The notes under the pieces were generated by a model that made no database searches, was not told where the DNA came from, and was given only the letters and a program-made list of their open reading frames with translations. 64,000 bases of DNA from Raillietiella orientalis. Taxonomy: Eukaryota. The position numbers were made by a program, and so were the translations under genes. The stretch's first letter is position 1. Each line of letters begins with the position of its first letter. Where the stretch lies: positions 1,488,001-1,552,000 of the forward strand of contig JAYWIR010000002.1 in assembly GCA_036172245.1 (NCBI GenBank), given 5' to 3'. Below, in pieces: positions 36,923-50,051 of the stretch.

Positions 36923-39900
36923 AGAGGGAGGGGGTGCGCCAACCCCAATGGCCGGATCTCAGGTCCCCCCAGGGCCGTCTTCCCCGTCGGGAGGCGGGGA
37001 GGCTCCTCGTGAAATGAAAGTGCAATCGAGCCCCTGTGGTACTCCCAGGCGTGGCCTCTTCGCGTCTGGACCGTCTCCCGCCGCCCACAGCGGCGGCAGC
37101 TGACACGCTTTCCCCCATCCGCAAGAGGGGAGGCGGGCGGGAGAGCCTTAGTGGATCAGCAGTGGTCCAGCATTTACGCCACCCTAGAATACAGTATTTT
37201 TCTTCACGGACGCCTCCTTCATTCTCATCTCCCCCCCCCTCCTTTCTCGGTGCGCGCCCATCCGCATCCTTCTCAGGAGAAGGGGAGGATGCGGGTGGAG
37301 GAGGGGACGGATCGGTCATCCCTCCCCACCCTCGATCGGAAGCTGAGGAGGGTGTGCCTTCTGCCCGCGCAGACCCTCGCTCGCGTGGGGGGGGAATCCC
37401 TTCGCGGAGTCTTCTCGCGGTCAGCGCTGCGCTGCCAGGGTAGGGATGCCAGAAAGGAAGGCAAAGAGGGTCCTTTCACCCCTCCCCGTTCACACCTGGG
37501 GAGTTCACCCAGCGGCCCTTTGGCAGAGTGCCACCATGCCGCCCTTAACCTGGGAGGGTGTGTGCAGCGAGCGAGCGCTCCTTTCTCTTGTGAGCGCGTT
37601 TTCCTCCAGCGCCAGTGGCGCTCTGCAGCAACGGCACGTGGCTCCGCAGCTTTCCTTTTCCTCCGCCTCTGGTTGCAGACGCCGCAGGGGACCGTACCCC
37701 ACCCGAAGGCGTTCGGGCTGAAGTGACGGGACGAATCGGCCTCATCTTCCCCGTTTGCCTCCGGGCGGCACTCACACGCACGAAAGGCAGCCGCTTCGCA
37801 CGCGTGCCCAAGAGTCCGCGCGTGTGGCACGAAAGCCGTCGCCCGCACCGCCGAAAACCTGCGTCGTCAAGTCGACGGCTCGAGCCATGCCCGCCGCGAG
37901 ATTGGGAGTGGGCAGCGTGTCCGCGGAGCGCTGCTTCTTGTCTTTTCCCGACTTTTCGTCCTTTGGGCTGGACGGGTGGAATTGAGGACAGGCGGACGAG
38001 CTCAGGTGCGTGCCAGACAAGAAGGGAAGCTGTGACTCGACTGGTGGTGCATTCGCTATCGGCATCTGCGGCACTGCTCACCGGAAGGCAAGCCGATCAG
38101 GATAAAGGGAAAGGAGTGCCGGCGGGTCTTGGGAAGGGATTCCCTTCCCAGGTGGCGTCCCTCTCCCTTGGCTCCGAGACGAGGGCGATACTCCAGCACG
38201 CAACTGCGGGCCCTCTTCAGGGAGAGCGGGGATGGGAGGTTCCGCGCACTACCAGGACGCTCAAGCGCAGGAGAGCACCCTTCGAAGGACTCCTGCTCCT
38301 CCACCCCCTCTTCTCTGCGCGGGAGTACGGCGCCAGTTGCTATCTTGGGGTGGTGTGGCAACCCTGCGAGACGACGCAACGCAGACACCTCTACGCGCTC
38401 CCGGCATGTTTCGTAACTGGGTTTTCGTATCCCCCCCCCCCCCCGACTGGCTCGCAACCTCATGGAGACGACCTGCTCCGTGTGGGGGCGGTGTGCCCCA
38501 TGCCAGGATTGTCACGAGAGGAGGAAGGGCGTCGATGATGCTCTTGGAGATGGGTACGCCAACCCAGGAGGAGGGGCAGGACACGCCCTGGAAAGTGCTG
38601 CGGGAGAAGAGTGAAAGCCTCATCCGGGAGGGCCGGGAGAAGGGAAAGCGGAGGGCGGAGGAAACCGGTTGGTGGCGGCAGCTGCAGCGGGCTGACGGGG
38701 GAGATGTTCCAGCCTCTGGGCTTCCTCGTCTGCTTCCGGGCTGACGAGGGCAATCGGAAGCTCATCGTCATCCCCGCTCGAGGACCTGGATAGGGGATGA
38801 CTGTGGTCTTCTCGACGCGCAGGCAGGGTAAGGGTGGGGGATTCGTGAAGACTACCTAGGGGATGCAGCCTCCTCCAGCCGAAGCGCGGAGGTACCAGAA
38901 GCAACGGCTGCGCCGTCGTCTTGCGAGGCCAGAGGCCCTGCACGTCGACCTCTCCACTCTATCCCCTTTCACTCAATGGCAGCGCCATCTCCTCCCTCCC
39001 CCCTTCCCTCCTATTCACTGAAGTCGGGCAGGGAACCCGTGGCTCGGAGTGCGCAAGCACTCCGCGGCGCCCTGCCACCTGCTGGCGGCGCGTGGTACCA
39101 CACGGCGTGTCCCCAGCGGCGGCGGGTGGCACAGTTGCGTGTAACATGTGCCGGGGTCGGGAAATCGCCATCCCCTGGAAGCGTCCAGGAAGGTCATTCC
39201 TCAAGCATGCCAGGGTCGTGCAGGACGCGTGCTGACCATTCACGGAAGCAGACAGGACTGGAGAGGATGCCGCCGAGAGAGAACAAGGGGAGGGAGGGCG
39301 TGTGTGACCTCTCTGCGCCTGCTTTTCCAGGAATGGATGGGGGGGGGGCTCCTGAGCTGCACGGCAGAATGGGCCAGTCAGGCTTCGCCCCGGTGCCGCC
39401 GTTGGCGCAGCTCACCCCGCGGTCAGACTGCACGTTCCCCGTTCGCGTTGAAGCCCGGTAGAGGGCAAGGTTATCGTGTCTCCACGAACTACCCTTTTCT
39501 CGGCCGGAGATGCGGCCATGACGGATGCGCGCGCATGCCTCACTTTCGCGCAGACCTCTCCTCTTCACCTGTGTGTGTGTGTGTGTTTCCTCCTGGGTTT
39601 TTTGTTTTTCTTGCGCAATTTCGAACCGAGATCGAGCTTCATTTCTTTTTTCTCCCCGCACGTCTGCCGCCAGTTTGCGTTGGTTGCATGGAGATGCATC
39701 GAAGATACGCATTCCCATTGGTCCGTTCGAATTTCGCCGTGGAAAGCTCGGTCGCGGACGGCAACAAGGTGGCTGCTCAAAACAGTCCATCAGCAGCAGC
39801 CTAAACGAAAGATCGACGACTGTGCGAAGCCACCGATCCACTTGATCTTCGAACGTGACGTTGGGATTTCTGAGAATTTTTCCTCTCTCTCTCACGCGCC

Positions 39901-41169
39901 GAGATCAACGCGAAGTTCGCGCTAAAGCCCCCCGAACGAAACCGAAAGGCGCTGCTGTACCAGCAAAGACGTAGAACAAAGGCGAGTGGGTGGAGGGACG
40001 TCGTCGGTGCTGAACCGGGGTCGGTTGCGTCTGCGGTCCCAGCAACGCACCAATCCAAGATTCGCCGCTGCTCCAAGAAAAACGGCGGGATGCAAATGAA
40101 TAAAAAGCTCCACGAAGGGCAGGAAAAAAATAAAAAAAAAAAACAAACAAGCAGGCTCTCTGCCATCACAATCAGGAGACAAACAGATTCTGGAATCTGC
40201 TTAACGGACAGAGCGACTTCGGAATCTGCCCTTAAGCAAGTGTGTGTGGATAGAGTTCGATGCATCACCGTAAGTGTGCGTGCGTTTGTGCGTGTTTTTT
40301 TTTTTTTTTTTGTGGTTCTGGTATCTCAAATCCTGCTGCACACTTGCATCCGCTTTCAATCATGTTCCGAGATTACGTGTGTGCGCTTCGGCTGCGCCAA
40401 ATTAAAGCTGCTTTCTTTCGCAAAATTTGGATTTTTCTAAACAAAAATCTGCCTCCCTCCGTGACCGTCTTATACCATGCTCAGCCTTCACTGTTGCACG
40501 AAAGACTTTCAATTTGGGAACACTGTCCTTTCCTCGCGGTGTTGGATAGGGGCGACTTGGCTTCGTGGTTCCTTCGCAGCCTCCCCTGTAGGTGTCATTG
40601 GGCTTCCATCATGATAAGATAGGTTGTTAAGTAGTGAAAGCGCGCGTCTGAAGAGTCGACAAGGGCGCATGCGCCGACACGGTGGGCGAGGCGCACATCC
40701 AGAGCGGTGGTGGTGGATGTCTCGCTCCTCCTCCCTTGGTCCATGCGTTTCCAGCCAAGCCGGAAAAACGGGTCTTTCGTCCGAATGCTCGAAAAACCCA
40801 TCGGAAAATCGATCCGGGCCCCTCCTAGACTTCACCGAGCAGAATCGAAAGAGCACAGAGGAGAAAGGAAACGCTCATTTTGCATCGACGGTTCGTTTTT
40901 GTTGAGGCCATCGTGCCTCCTGCGGCCCGTGCATCTGTTTGTGCGGACGTGATTTTCCAACCAATTAATTGTGCTCAGCCGATTGCATCATTTCACCCGT
41001 TGCCACGCCGCGCCGTGCTTCGGTTCCCTTGGAGCGGTTCTAAACGAGCGCTCCTCGGTGCGACAAGAGTTCACCGCTGACTATTCGCCAGCTACGAGTA
41101 ATGTGCGTGCTCGTAAGCTGACCTGCTCGTGATGAGCCCCAGCCCCACAGCGGTCACCTTCCAGAAATT

Positions 41170-41630
41170 AACGATGCCTTACGAGTGCTGTGGGATTGCC
41201 GGATGCTAGTTGGACCCCAGTTTTACAACCGAGTACGCGATTCCCGCTGTCTTTCGCAGTGAAATTTGGGAACCTCTGCGAAGCTTCACGTGGCACATCA
41301 AAACGTGTGTACTTTAAAATGTTTGGGTAGCCTGGTATCTGGTGGCGGGGCTGCACTCCCCAACCCAAGCTGGTCGCTGAATGATTTTGCATTCGTTTCC
41401 TCAGTGTCTTTTTTTCTTTCTCTCTGGCTTGTTGAAACGTGATGCCCAACCAGTTCTCGCACTGCCTTTCTGATCCCCAACAGCAACACTCCAGAAATCA
41501 AAGTTTCCAGTTCTAACATGCGCTTGATGAGATCGCGGATGCTGCAGATGTTTCCGGTAGCCCCCGCATCTACCAGTTGTTTCACTACCATCTGCAAGTT
41601 CCGCTTTATTCACGAAGCCCTGCACCTAAC
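41170..41630 (-). mobile_element. Decayed LTR-retrotransposon aspartic protease / pol-linker remnant
   Basis: VQGFVNKAEL/(frameshift)QMVVKQLVDAGATGNICS resembles the retropepsin LVD[ST]GA..N motif. QRFPNF...VLGCKTGVQLASG downstream is linker-like. Frameshifted. Confidence 0.4.
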
Positions 41631-41984
41631 GTGACGGTTGGTACGGCAGAAGAAGGCTCACTTGTACGAAAATCCTAAACTGCCGTTGTTGGACCTCGCA
41701 CGTCAGTATTCGCGTGTGCCATATCCTGGAACGGACTCTTTGAGGAAACCAGGTCTTTGGAAGCAGGCTGTTTGAGATCCGTGGTTGGATTCTTGTCTGT
41801 ACAGTGGGTTCTGGAGCCACCTCCGTGTCAAGACACGCGTATCCACTGCCCACTTCGCCACCAGCGGAGATACGCTCGCTCTGCCGTGTGAAAGCTGCCA
41901 ATTCGACAACCCGTAACATGTAAATTGGCTTCCAAAAATTTGCTTCCAACATAGGAAGGAAAACTACGTGCGTATCCTTTCCGG

Positions 41985-42308
41985 TTCCCTTCGGGATTCC
42001 CCTTTGGAGGCAACCAGTATGGAGGTTCCCTTGCGGAATCCCTCCCCAGGCGTGAGAGGAACGGACTGCGAGCCCTTCCTGGATTCACAGGGCGGACCCC
42101 TTCCGGGGTACCCCCTATCTTGAAGAATTGCACACACCATCAGCTGGCGTGGAACAGTGTGAAAGAGCTGCGTGAGCCGTGACGCACGCGACGGCTCTTG
42201 AGGTACTTAGCGAACCAAAAAACAAAAGGAAACCCGAAAAGAAAAAAAAAAGCCGGAAGGAAAGCAGCGAAGACGGAAAAAGAAGAACCCAAAGGATTTT
42301 CATCATCC
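41985..42308. repeat. Dispersed repeat, copy A (LTR/TE-terminal-like)
   Basis: Colinear with 60879-61099, sharing CCCCAGGCGTGAGAGGAAC, CCTTCCTGGAT, TATCTTGAAGAATT, TGGCGTGGAAC and CATCATCC. Copy A carries ~100 extra bp. Confidence 0.85.
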
Positions 42309-45300
42309 TGCAAACCTGGAAAACTTTTACTGGAACAAAAATGCCAGACAAAAAAAAGCACCAGCCGATACCAAGAGAAGACTCAGGAATAATAGATAAG
42401 ATATATGTGCTTGGAGGCTAATCTGGAAGGCATATCATCAGCTTTTTCATCTGAGACTTTTTACTTTATTGCGATCATTTACGAGACAACTTTTGCAGAT
42501 TCTCTTCTTGATCTTGAAGCAGAGCATCCACACAAAATCAGATTTATTTATTTTTTTCTCACTCGTTACATATTCCTGGTAGTTTCAAACAAATGCTTCG
42601 TGGGAACGGCAATACTGGAGAAACCTTGAAGGGGGTGTTGAGGATGAGAACTGTCTTGAGGGAATTCCTACTTCAAAAATCTTTCTTTTCTTTTTTTCCT
42701 TTTTTTGTACGATTTCAAGAGAAGCTGTTAGAGCAACTCGAATTTCAGAGTCTAAATTTCTGTTTCCATCTGCTATCTCAGAAAAAGTGTAGCCTACTTT
42801 CCTACGCTTTTGCTTTTGCAAGCCGAAAGCATTGGCTCCTCGTGTTGATGGCTCTTTCCTCAAAAAGTCCGTAGAAGTTCATCTGAAGGCTCTCTGTGCT
42901 CTGCTGGATTGCTGAAGAAAAACAGCGGTCGCGTTCTGCATGTGTTGAGTAGGTTGCATTCTGGGTGTCCAGATCCAGTCGGTGTCTTCTTGAGCAGATG
43001 TCAAAGTAAAAAAAGTGCAATTAGTGAACGGCACTTTCACATCTGGATGCAGGTTGAGATCGCTTTCTTCTAGTCGCCCTCTGAATACTTGTTTTGGCTC
43101 TGTTTTCCTTAAGGTGGCACCGTCTGTTTTTGACCTGGATGTTGAATGTAGAACTCTGCAAGAAAAGGCAGTTATGACGATAGACTCTTGACTCAGATCG
43201 GCTCACCGGAGTACTGCGAGCTGAGACCGTTGCTGATTTCGGGCAAATTCGCCCCCTGTCCATGTCTTCAGTAGGAATTATACACGAGAGCTATTTGTGA
43301 GTGTATAGTCGAGATTTTTCGGACTCTCAGCTTGTTTCGTATTGAACTCTGTATTCTCGAATACTCATGTCAGATGGCGAGGTTCGTTGAAACTCTTGAA
43401 TATGGAAAGTGAATTGGATTTCGACCGTTCGAATTCTTCAGTTTTCCTTCTAATGATTGTAAACACGTTTAGGTCTCATTATAGTTCCTTTGAGTTTCCA
43501 CTTCTATATATTCTTCCTGTTTGGAATGTATCTGGAAACATTTTGTGGCAGCTGCTGGTTACTGAATGGGTCAACTTCGATTCAAAGATGAAATATGCCC
43601 TAGTTGAAGGATACTGATTGCGCGGGGTTGATAAGACGAAGAGAAAAAGTGGCTAATGCTAGTTAAGCGATTGCAAGAAGAGGCTAAAAGTTTATTATAT
43701 CTTGAGAACGCGGTTCGTTTTACAGAGAAGACCTTGAGAATTTCTCGGGAAACGCACTTTCGTTTGTGTCTTCGGATACAAAACTTACAAAATCTCAGAA
43801 GCTCATTCCTTCTCTGAAGTGTTTTGTAAGTTAGTAATTCACAGAGGAGAGGAAATCTCTGCTGCAAAATAATACGAGAATGTGATTTTCTCATCCAGCG
43901 TGCCATTTTCACAAAAGAAAAAAAAAAAAATGCTTTCCCTGGAAAACCTTGGAAATCTCCTTTAAGCCATTAGCTACGAAGAAAGTAAGCAAATTTGCTG
44001 AGAATACAGTAAGAAAAAAAAATATTTCAGCTTGAAAATAAGTTTGCTATCTAAACAGTCATTTCTAAATAATCTGTCTCTAAGATTTGAAATGCAGGAA
44101 TTCCTGAAACGCAGAACAGAATAAAAGAAGAAGGATATAATTAATATAGATTTCGTCCACAAGTCACTCAATTAAAATTGAAGAAAAAAAATTAATTGTT
44201 TGCTCTCAATGAATAAAAATCTGAATCTTTATTGGCTCCTAAATGAGAAAGAAGGTCTCCTTGTCTTATTAGGGAAGGGAGCATTATGAATACATTATTT
44301 CCTCTTGCGGGAACATCTTCATGGGACACAACCGTTTAGCAAAATAGTATGCAAGAGAATTTGCAAGAAAATAAAGCTGCCCAAATGTGTATAGCTTCAG
44401 ACTAGCTTAGCTAATTAATTACTTCATAAGTTTCTGACTCTTCTTATGGAGATCCACGTCTATTTTTATCTTAGTCTTCATTTCATATGTGCTCATAATA
44501 TCACTTATCGTTTATAGCTCAAATAAACTATATAAAAGTAAATATCAATACAATATCATTATAATACAGTTTTCAAGTAGACTCTAAGTAGAGAGTAATA
44601 AATATATGTCAATGCTGAAATATCTTGTGAAAATTCTTTGAGGTTCTCTTTCTCTAATTATACGTGTGAATTTCCTAGGAGTAGTTGCAAAGATTTTATA
44701 AACCTTCCATTTTAAATTCATTGATGGCCACATCTAATTGATCGGAAAAAAGAAAAGATTTCGTAAAAGATGATTAAGGATAGATAGAAAATTTTAAGAA
44801 AACAAACTCAGCAGAAATAAAATAAATAAGCAAATTTGCTTGCCGGAAAGAAAAATATTCTCAAAAGACATTATCTATGTTATTTCTCAACTTATCATTT
44901 CTCAAATTTAGAATTTGACAGTTGAAACAGTAGTTCCAGGTTATTTCAGCTTTATGACTATTTTACTTACAAAAAAAATCCGTTCTATAAAAATAGTTAG
45001 TTTGGAAATAATGATGGCTACTAATATACAAATTTGCACTCTTGAGGCAGATTTGTGATTTCATAAAAGTAAAGATGGTACAAGGTGTAATTTGTGGTTG
45101 CAGTCTTCTCTGATCTGGTCAGTGGTGACCTTAACTTAATAGTTTCGACTAAGCTTCATAAAAATTATGCACCTTGGAATAAAAAATAAACTATTATTGG
45201 TTTACTTTAGAATTCCACTTTTAGGGAAGATCTTATTATAGTGAGGTCTCGAATAATTTAGGTTACAGAAATTTGTCGCAGTTGGTAATTCTTCAAAAGG

Positions 45301-45381
45301 TAAATAAGGTACAGGGAACAGGTGTTGGGTGTATGTATATGAAAAAATGAGAAATATACAAACTACTCAAAATGTGAAACG

Positions 45382-48300
45382 ATGGTGTATCTGACACAAA
45401 CGGGAATGCAATGGGTTTTCGCATTTATTTCCGTTTGTATTTTAATTCCCAATTCGTTCTTTAATAAAGGTACTTTGAATTTTCCAATCTTTGATGTAAA
45501 CTTTTTATGTTGTTTGCAAATGCAAGTATAATGAAATAATTTTTTGTCTTTAGCGTGTTGTAGATCTGTGGTACTTAAATTTCTGAAACCTGAAGAAGGA
45601 TTTATAATAAAACATGAGAAACCTAATGGTGACAATACCACTCTGGCTAATTTCCAAGAAGCATTTGAGTTTCAGTTGTCTATAAATCAGGTATGAGGTA
45701 TTTTAAGTAATATAGAATTTCACATGATCTGATGCCCAAACATTTACCATGTTTGGGCATCAGATCGTATGAAGGAAACGTTTTGTTAATGGTTTTTGTC
45801 ATTTTAGAATGTTGAATCAGCTACAATTGAAGCGCATTTGGGAACTTTAAAGGCATCACAGATCATATACCATAACTTTTTTGTGTCTGAAAAGAATATT
45901 TTTTTTAATGATTCACATGCAGAATTCTATCCATTAACTGTTACTCCCTTTCTTGTGACATCAGAAGTGTCACGGGATGATCCTATTCTGAGAACTCTTT
46001 TTCGTATTCGTATTGTTAATAAGGCTTTTAGGAATCCGTGGTTAGTATTTTATGTATAATAATCTCAAACTTCGTGCAAGGATCTCGCAAAACTCTGGAA
46101 AATTGTGTATTGACTTCTTGGCTGAACTTGGATATAGCAGTAGCAAGTCTCGATGCTGTACAGCTTATGGTGGTGGTGTATGTTTAACTGAAATTACTGT
46201 TCCTGAAGACTGGTGGCACCAGAGTTTACAGGTAGCTTGTTATTTAAATCGTTTGGAAGTTATAATTGAATTTTTGTTTTGTTAAAGGATGTTTGGAATC
46301 CCAAACAACCATATCCTTTGATCAGAATCAGTTATGCTGTTGTGTTAGACACAAATGGCACTCAGTGGATACTTCAGCCTTTTAATAAGTTTGGTGATGT
46401 TAGGTTAACTCCTTGGAAATTCAAAGTTACCGAAGTTACTAGAAATAAATTAGTAACTCTGCTTATACCAGAAGCACCTCTGTACCCAGGTGGGAAGTTG
46501 TATATACCCATAATGGTTGAATGCAGTTCGGATAACAACCTAGTCAGCATCCTTATCAAGTATTGACTGTTTGTGAAGTATTAGTCCACTTACTGATATA
46601 TTTTAGGACCAAAGTAAAGGATGGTCTTCAAATAACAGCAATTCACACAAGCCATCTAAAACAATGGAATGTATCAGCAAGCATATATGCTAGCCACTTG
46701 ACATCAGTAATCAGGGCCAAGCTTGCAAGTACTCCTAGCTCAAACAGGTGAGCTAAAAGTACATTTTATATACCTTATATTATGGTATTGGTATAGTGGA
46801 TCCTCATGCAGTTCCTACAGTCTTGCTGTATTGACTGTGGAAGCACGCATGGCTCTAAAAAACATTGCAAAAGGGAGACTACGGTGGTTCATTCGAACAG
46901 AAAGACAGAAGACTAACAGTAGCCAAAAGTGGCATTCGCTTACTAAATTAAATATGCAGAAGGATACTACTTTAGCTGTAATTCCTATGTCCAGGGTAAG
47001 TGATGAGTTTCAGAAAACCTGCAGCAGCATACAGACTTGTAGACTACTGAACTGCTGAACATTGCTGCTCTCACAGGCCATCAGGTGTCTGAACCATTGG
47101 TTGTTATGGTTGTTAGCCATGGAGGAAAAGTTGCTGATGTGACCCAGCAATGCACCTGTTCCTCAAGTGACGAAAATCTTATCAAGGTATCTCCGTCATG
47201 CTCCTCTGTGTATTTGGATGGCTCTGAGGCATCTGGCACTCAGGAGGCTACAGTGATAGCCAATTATGGTGGCCATGAAGGCCGTATCCATTTCACAGTC
47301 TGGATGGCCGAGTTACCTTTAAGGTTGGAACTTCCTGACAAAAACTTAGGAGAGATTTGGTACGTAATTATGAGTATATGTGGCTGAATGTGCAATTATG
47401 CATAGGTTGACACAGTTGGGAACACAAGATAGTGAAGATTGTTGGGTTAAGTACCAACATAGTGAAGTTAAAGCTTGGGCTCGATTTAAAGCAGTAACTC
47501 AAAACTCTGCACGAGAGTTGTATTATTTGAGTCGGAGTACCTGGCTGGATGTTACTCAGATTGTGACACCAGCAATGCATGTAGACAATACCAAAGTAGC
47601 ATATTTGGATGGCAACATTGTTAGGGGTCTACAACCAGGGAGTGCTCAAATTCAGTTGTTGTCCCCAGTCACTCATAAACTTCTTGCTGAAACTGAAGTG
47701 TTGGTTGGCTTGGAAAAAGTCACTGTTGAGAGTGTGCAGGCACAGTTAGCGTCAGGCTTGCAGCTAGCTATATCGTCTGATTGGGCTAGACAGCCAACAT
47801 ATCATATAACAGTAACTGTACCCAACAATCTCACAAGACGATATCAGGAAGCCATTTTGGATGTGCAGGTGCTTTTTTCGGATGGCACTTTAGTGCCCAT
47901 GGACCAGTTTCGCACTTCTGAGTATCAATTGAATGTTGTTAATGTGAACCCTCTAGTTGTGGTCTTGGGTCCTTCAGAACATCCCTTCTATCCCCGAGTC
48001 TTAGCACTCAATTCTGGCAATGGAAGCTTGCTACATGTATCCCTCCTGTCCCGTTGTCTTAACAGTAAATTGCAACTAGTAGCAAGAACGCATGTGCCTG
48101 CATTGGTGACACTAATGGATGAGGAACCTGGATTACTATCTGAAACTCCCAGCAACATCTTAGAAATACCCTCTCCTGCTCACTTAACAGAATTCATCAA
48201 ACCACAACAGTTATGGCAAACTGAACAAGTCAAGCTTCAAGAAATTGGTGAGTGTCATCAATTCACTGGCTTTTCTTGGCTGATGTCTTTGCTAAGCTCT

Positions 48301-48941
48301 AGGTGATTTTCCTGTAAGTCAGTTGCCTTATGAAATGACAGCTAGGGATCCCCACAATTTTGTAAAAGAAGAGACTCCTATAGCCCTGGAAGTAGGCCTA
48401 TACTCCTTATTGGCTCTCTTCTGTGTGGCCATGCTTCTGTTTGCTGCTTCATGTACTTTGTATGCAACACGTTTCCACCGTTTGCCTGTGGAAAACAAGG
48501 TGGGCTCAGCTTTTTACAAATGCATATGGCAGGCTTTTGTGTGTATGCTTATAGATATGCAGGCCAGAAAGAAAACCTCAGGTGACCAATGCACAGGAGT
48601 GGGTTTGGCTTGGAAAGCATTCTTTACAATTATTGCCTGTTAAAGGACTTCTCCCTGGCGATAATCAAGAAGCTGATGTTAGCAAGAATCTATTGGTCAC
48701 TGCTACAAGGTCTCCAAATAGCAGCAAATGTGCTATTAATTCCGCTACTTACAAAGTAACAAAACCTTGTATACGTACTCAGACTCCTGTGCTGCTCCGC
48801 TCTACTGCAGCTCAACTCCGTTTTCACAGATCCACAAGAATTACGTCTCATAAACTTTTATTACAATGGGAAGATGCCAGAGAAAAAAACTGTGAGCACC
48901 TTGTTGGATTTTTGGACAATGTTCAAAACTCCTCCACTTAA
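45382..48941 (+). CDS. TMEM132: Transmembrane protein 132 family member (multi-exon)
   Basis: Signal-peptide exon 45382-45469. Family motifs include LLNIAALTGHQVSEPLVVMVVSHGGKVADVT, CSSSDENLIKVSPSCSSVYLDGSE, FTVWMAELPLRLEL, TM LEVGLYSLLALFCVAMLLFAASC, cytoplasmic EWVWLG and the C-terminus FLDNVQNSST. Exact start and some exon edges are inferred. Confidence 0.88.
45719..45773. other. Perfect 18-bp stem hairpin in TMEM132 intron 2
   Basis: GATCTGATGCCCAAACAT-TTACC-ATGTTTGGGCATCAGATC (45726-45766), extendable by TTCA.AT/GT.TGAA. Confidence 0.9.
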
Positions 48942-49099
48942 TCCCAAGTTTCTGCACTGCTTATCAGCACATCATCTAGTCAAGTGTGCCATTTTTTTGT
49001 TACAACTTTGCTTTTAGGAATATAGACCGATCTTTTCCATTTGCACCAAAGCAATTGGCTGCATCTTTGTTGCATTATTCATTGCATAAATCCTTGCAT

Positions 49100-50051
49100 T
49101 TAGATATACTTCCAAAACCACTTCTTGTCATAAGGCGAAATCCAAGAATGACAACCCCCCATATTATTTAAAAGGACGTATTCTGCAGTCCACGGGTTGA
49201 TATTACGCTGTTTCCATTCTTCCTCATTCTTTCTGAACTGCTCTAATCTTTCCTGATTTATTGCTAGAGCCTTAAAGGGCAAGCAAGTTGCTACGATTCT
49301 CAAGAACTTAAATACCTAATTCAAGTCATTACAGATCAAAAAGCTATAGTTAGAAATATTACTTCTTCAAATTCGCAATGGCCTCCTACTTCAAGGATAA
49401 CTCTTCCAGCTTTCACTGGAGTTGCATAATGATGTATACTACCTTTACCTCCACCCATCCTTTTTCCAGGACTCTAGTGACTGACTGGTTATTAAAATTC
49501 AAAGAAAGCTGTTAACCTTTTTGCTAATAGGCTGCCAAGGTGGATCAACTCTCCAGACTGCAAACATACGCTTAACATCTAGTCGACGGTTAACAGTTGC
49601 TCTTGCCATATCAAAATGGCAGCTACGCATTTGGGATCCTTGCAATGCCTTGTTGATCTCATTATACAGTGCATCCAAATCACCAATTCCTTACAATGAT
49701 GCCAAACTGTTTATGGATGAACTCAGTATGCACTAATTCCGGCCCTCGAACCAAATGTAAGGATTTAAACATCTTTAAAGGTTTGGCATTTGGAAAAAGG
49801 GGTGGAATCTTATCTACAGCAGGAAGCTTTCTTTCTTCTTCTGGTGGTAGTTTGATGTCTAGAATCATACGTAACAAAACAATTACATTAAACTACTAAC
49901 GATCATATGCATTGGGTGGATCAACATGTTTATATCCATATATTGTTTCAAATGAAACTCTTCGTGAAGTAATCGAACATGGCAACCAAGATTCTGCATG
50001 CCTATGAAATGGATGTACTACTGTCCATATTGCAGAATTTAGGGCTTTCAT
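49100..50051 (-). CDS. MRPL16: Mitochondrial ribosomal protein uL16m (multi-exon)
   Basis: Spliced product includes [69 protein letters not shown] and [14 protein letters not shown]. Start codon is inferred. Confidence 0.92.

Noticed and set aside
40099..40406. AATAAA (40099) and ATTAAA (40401) as Notch poly(A) signals
   Set aside because: Plausible for a ~3.2-3.5-kb 3'UTR but unsupported without transcript data.
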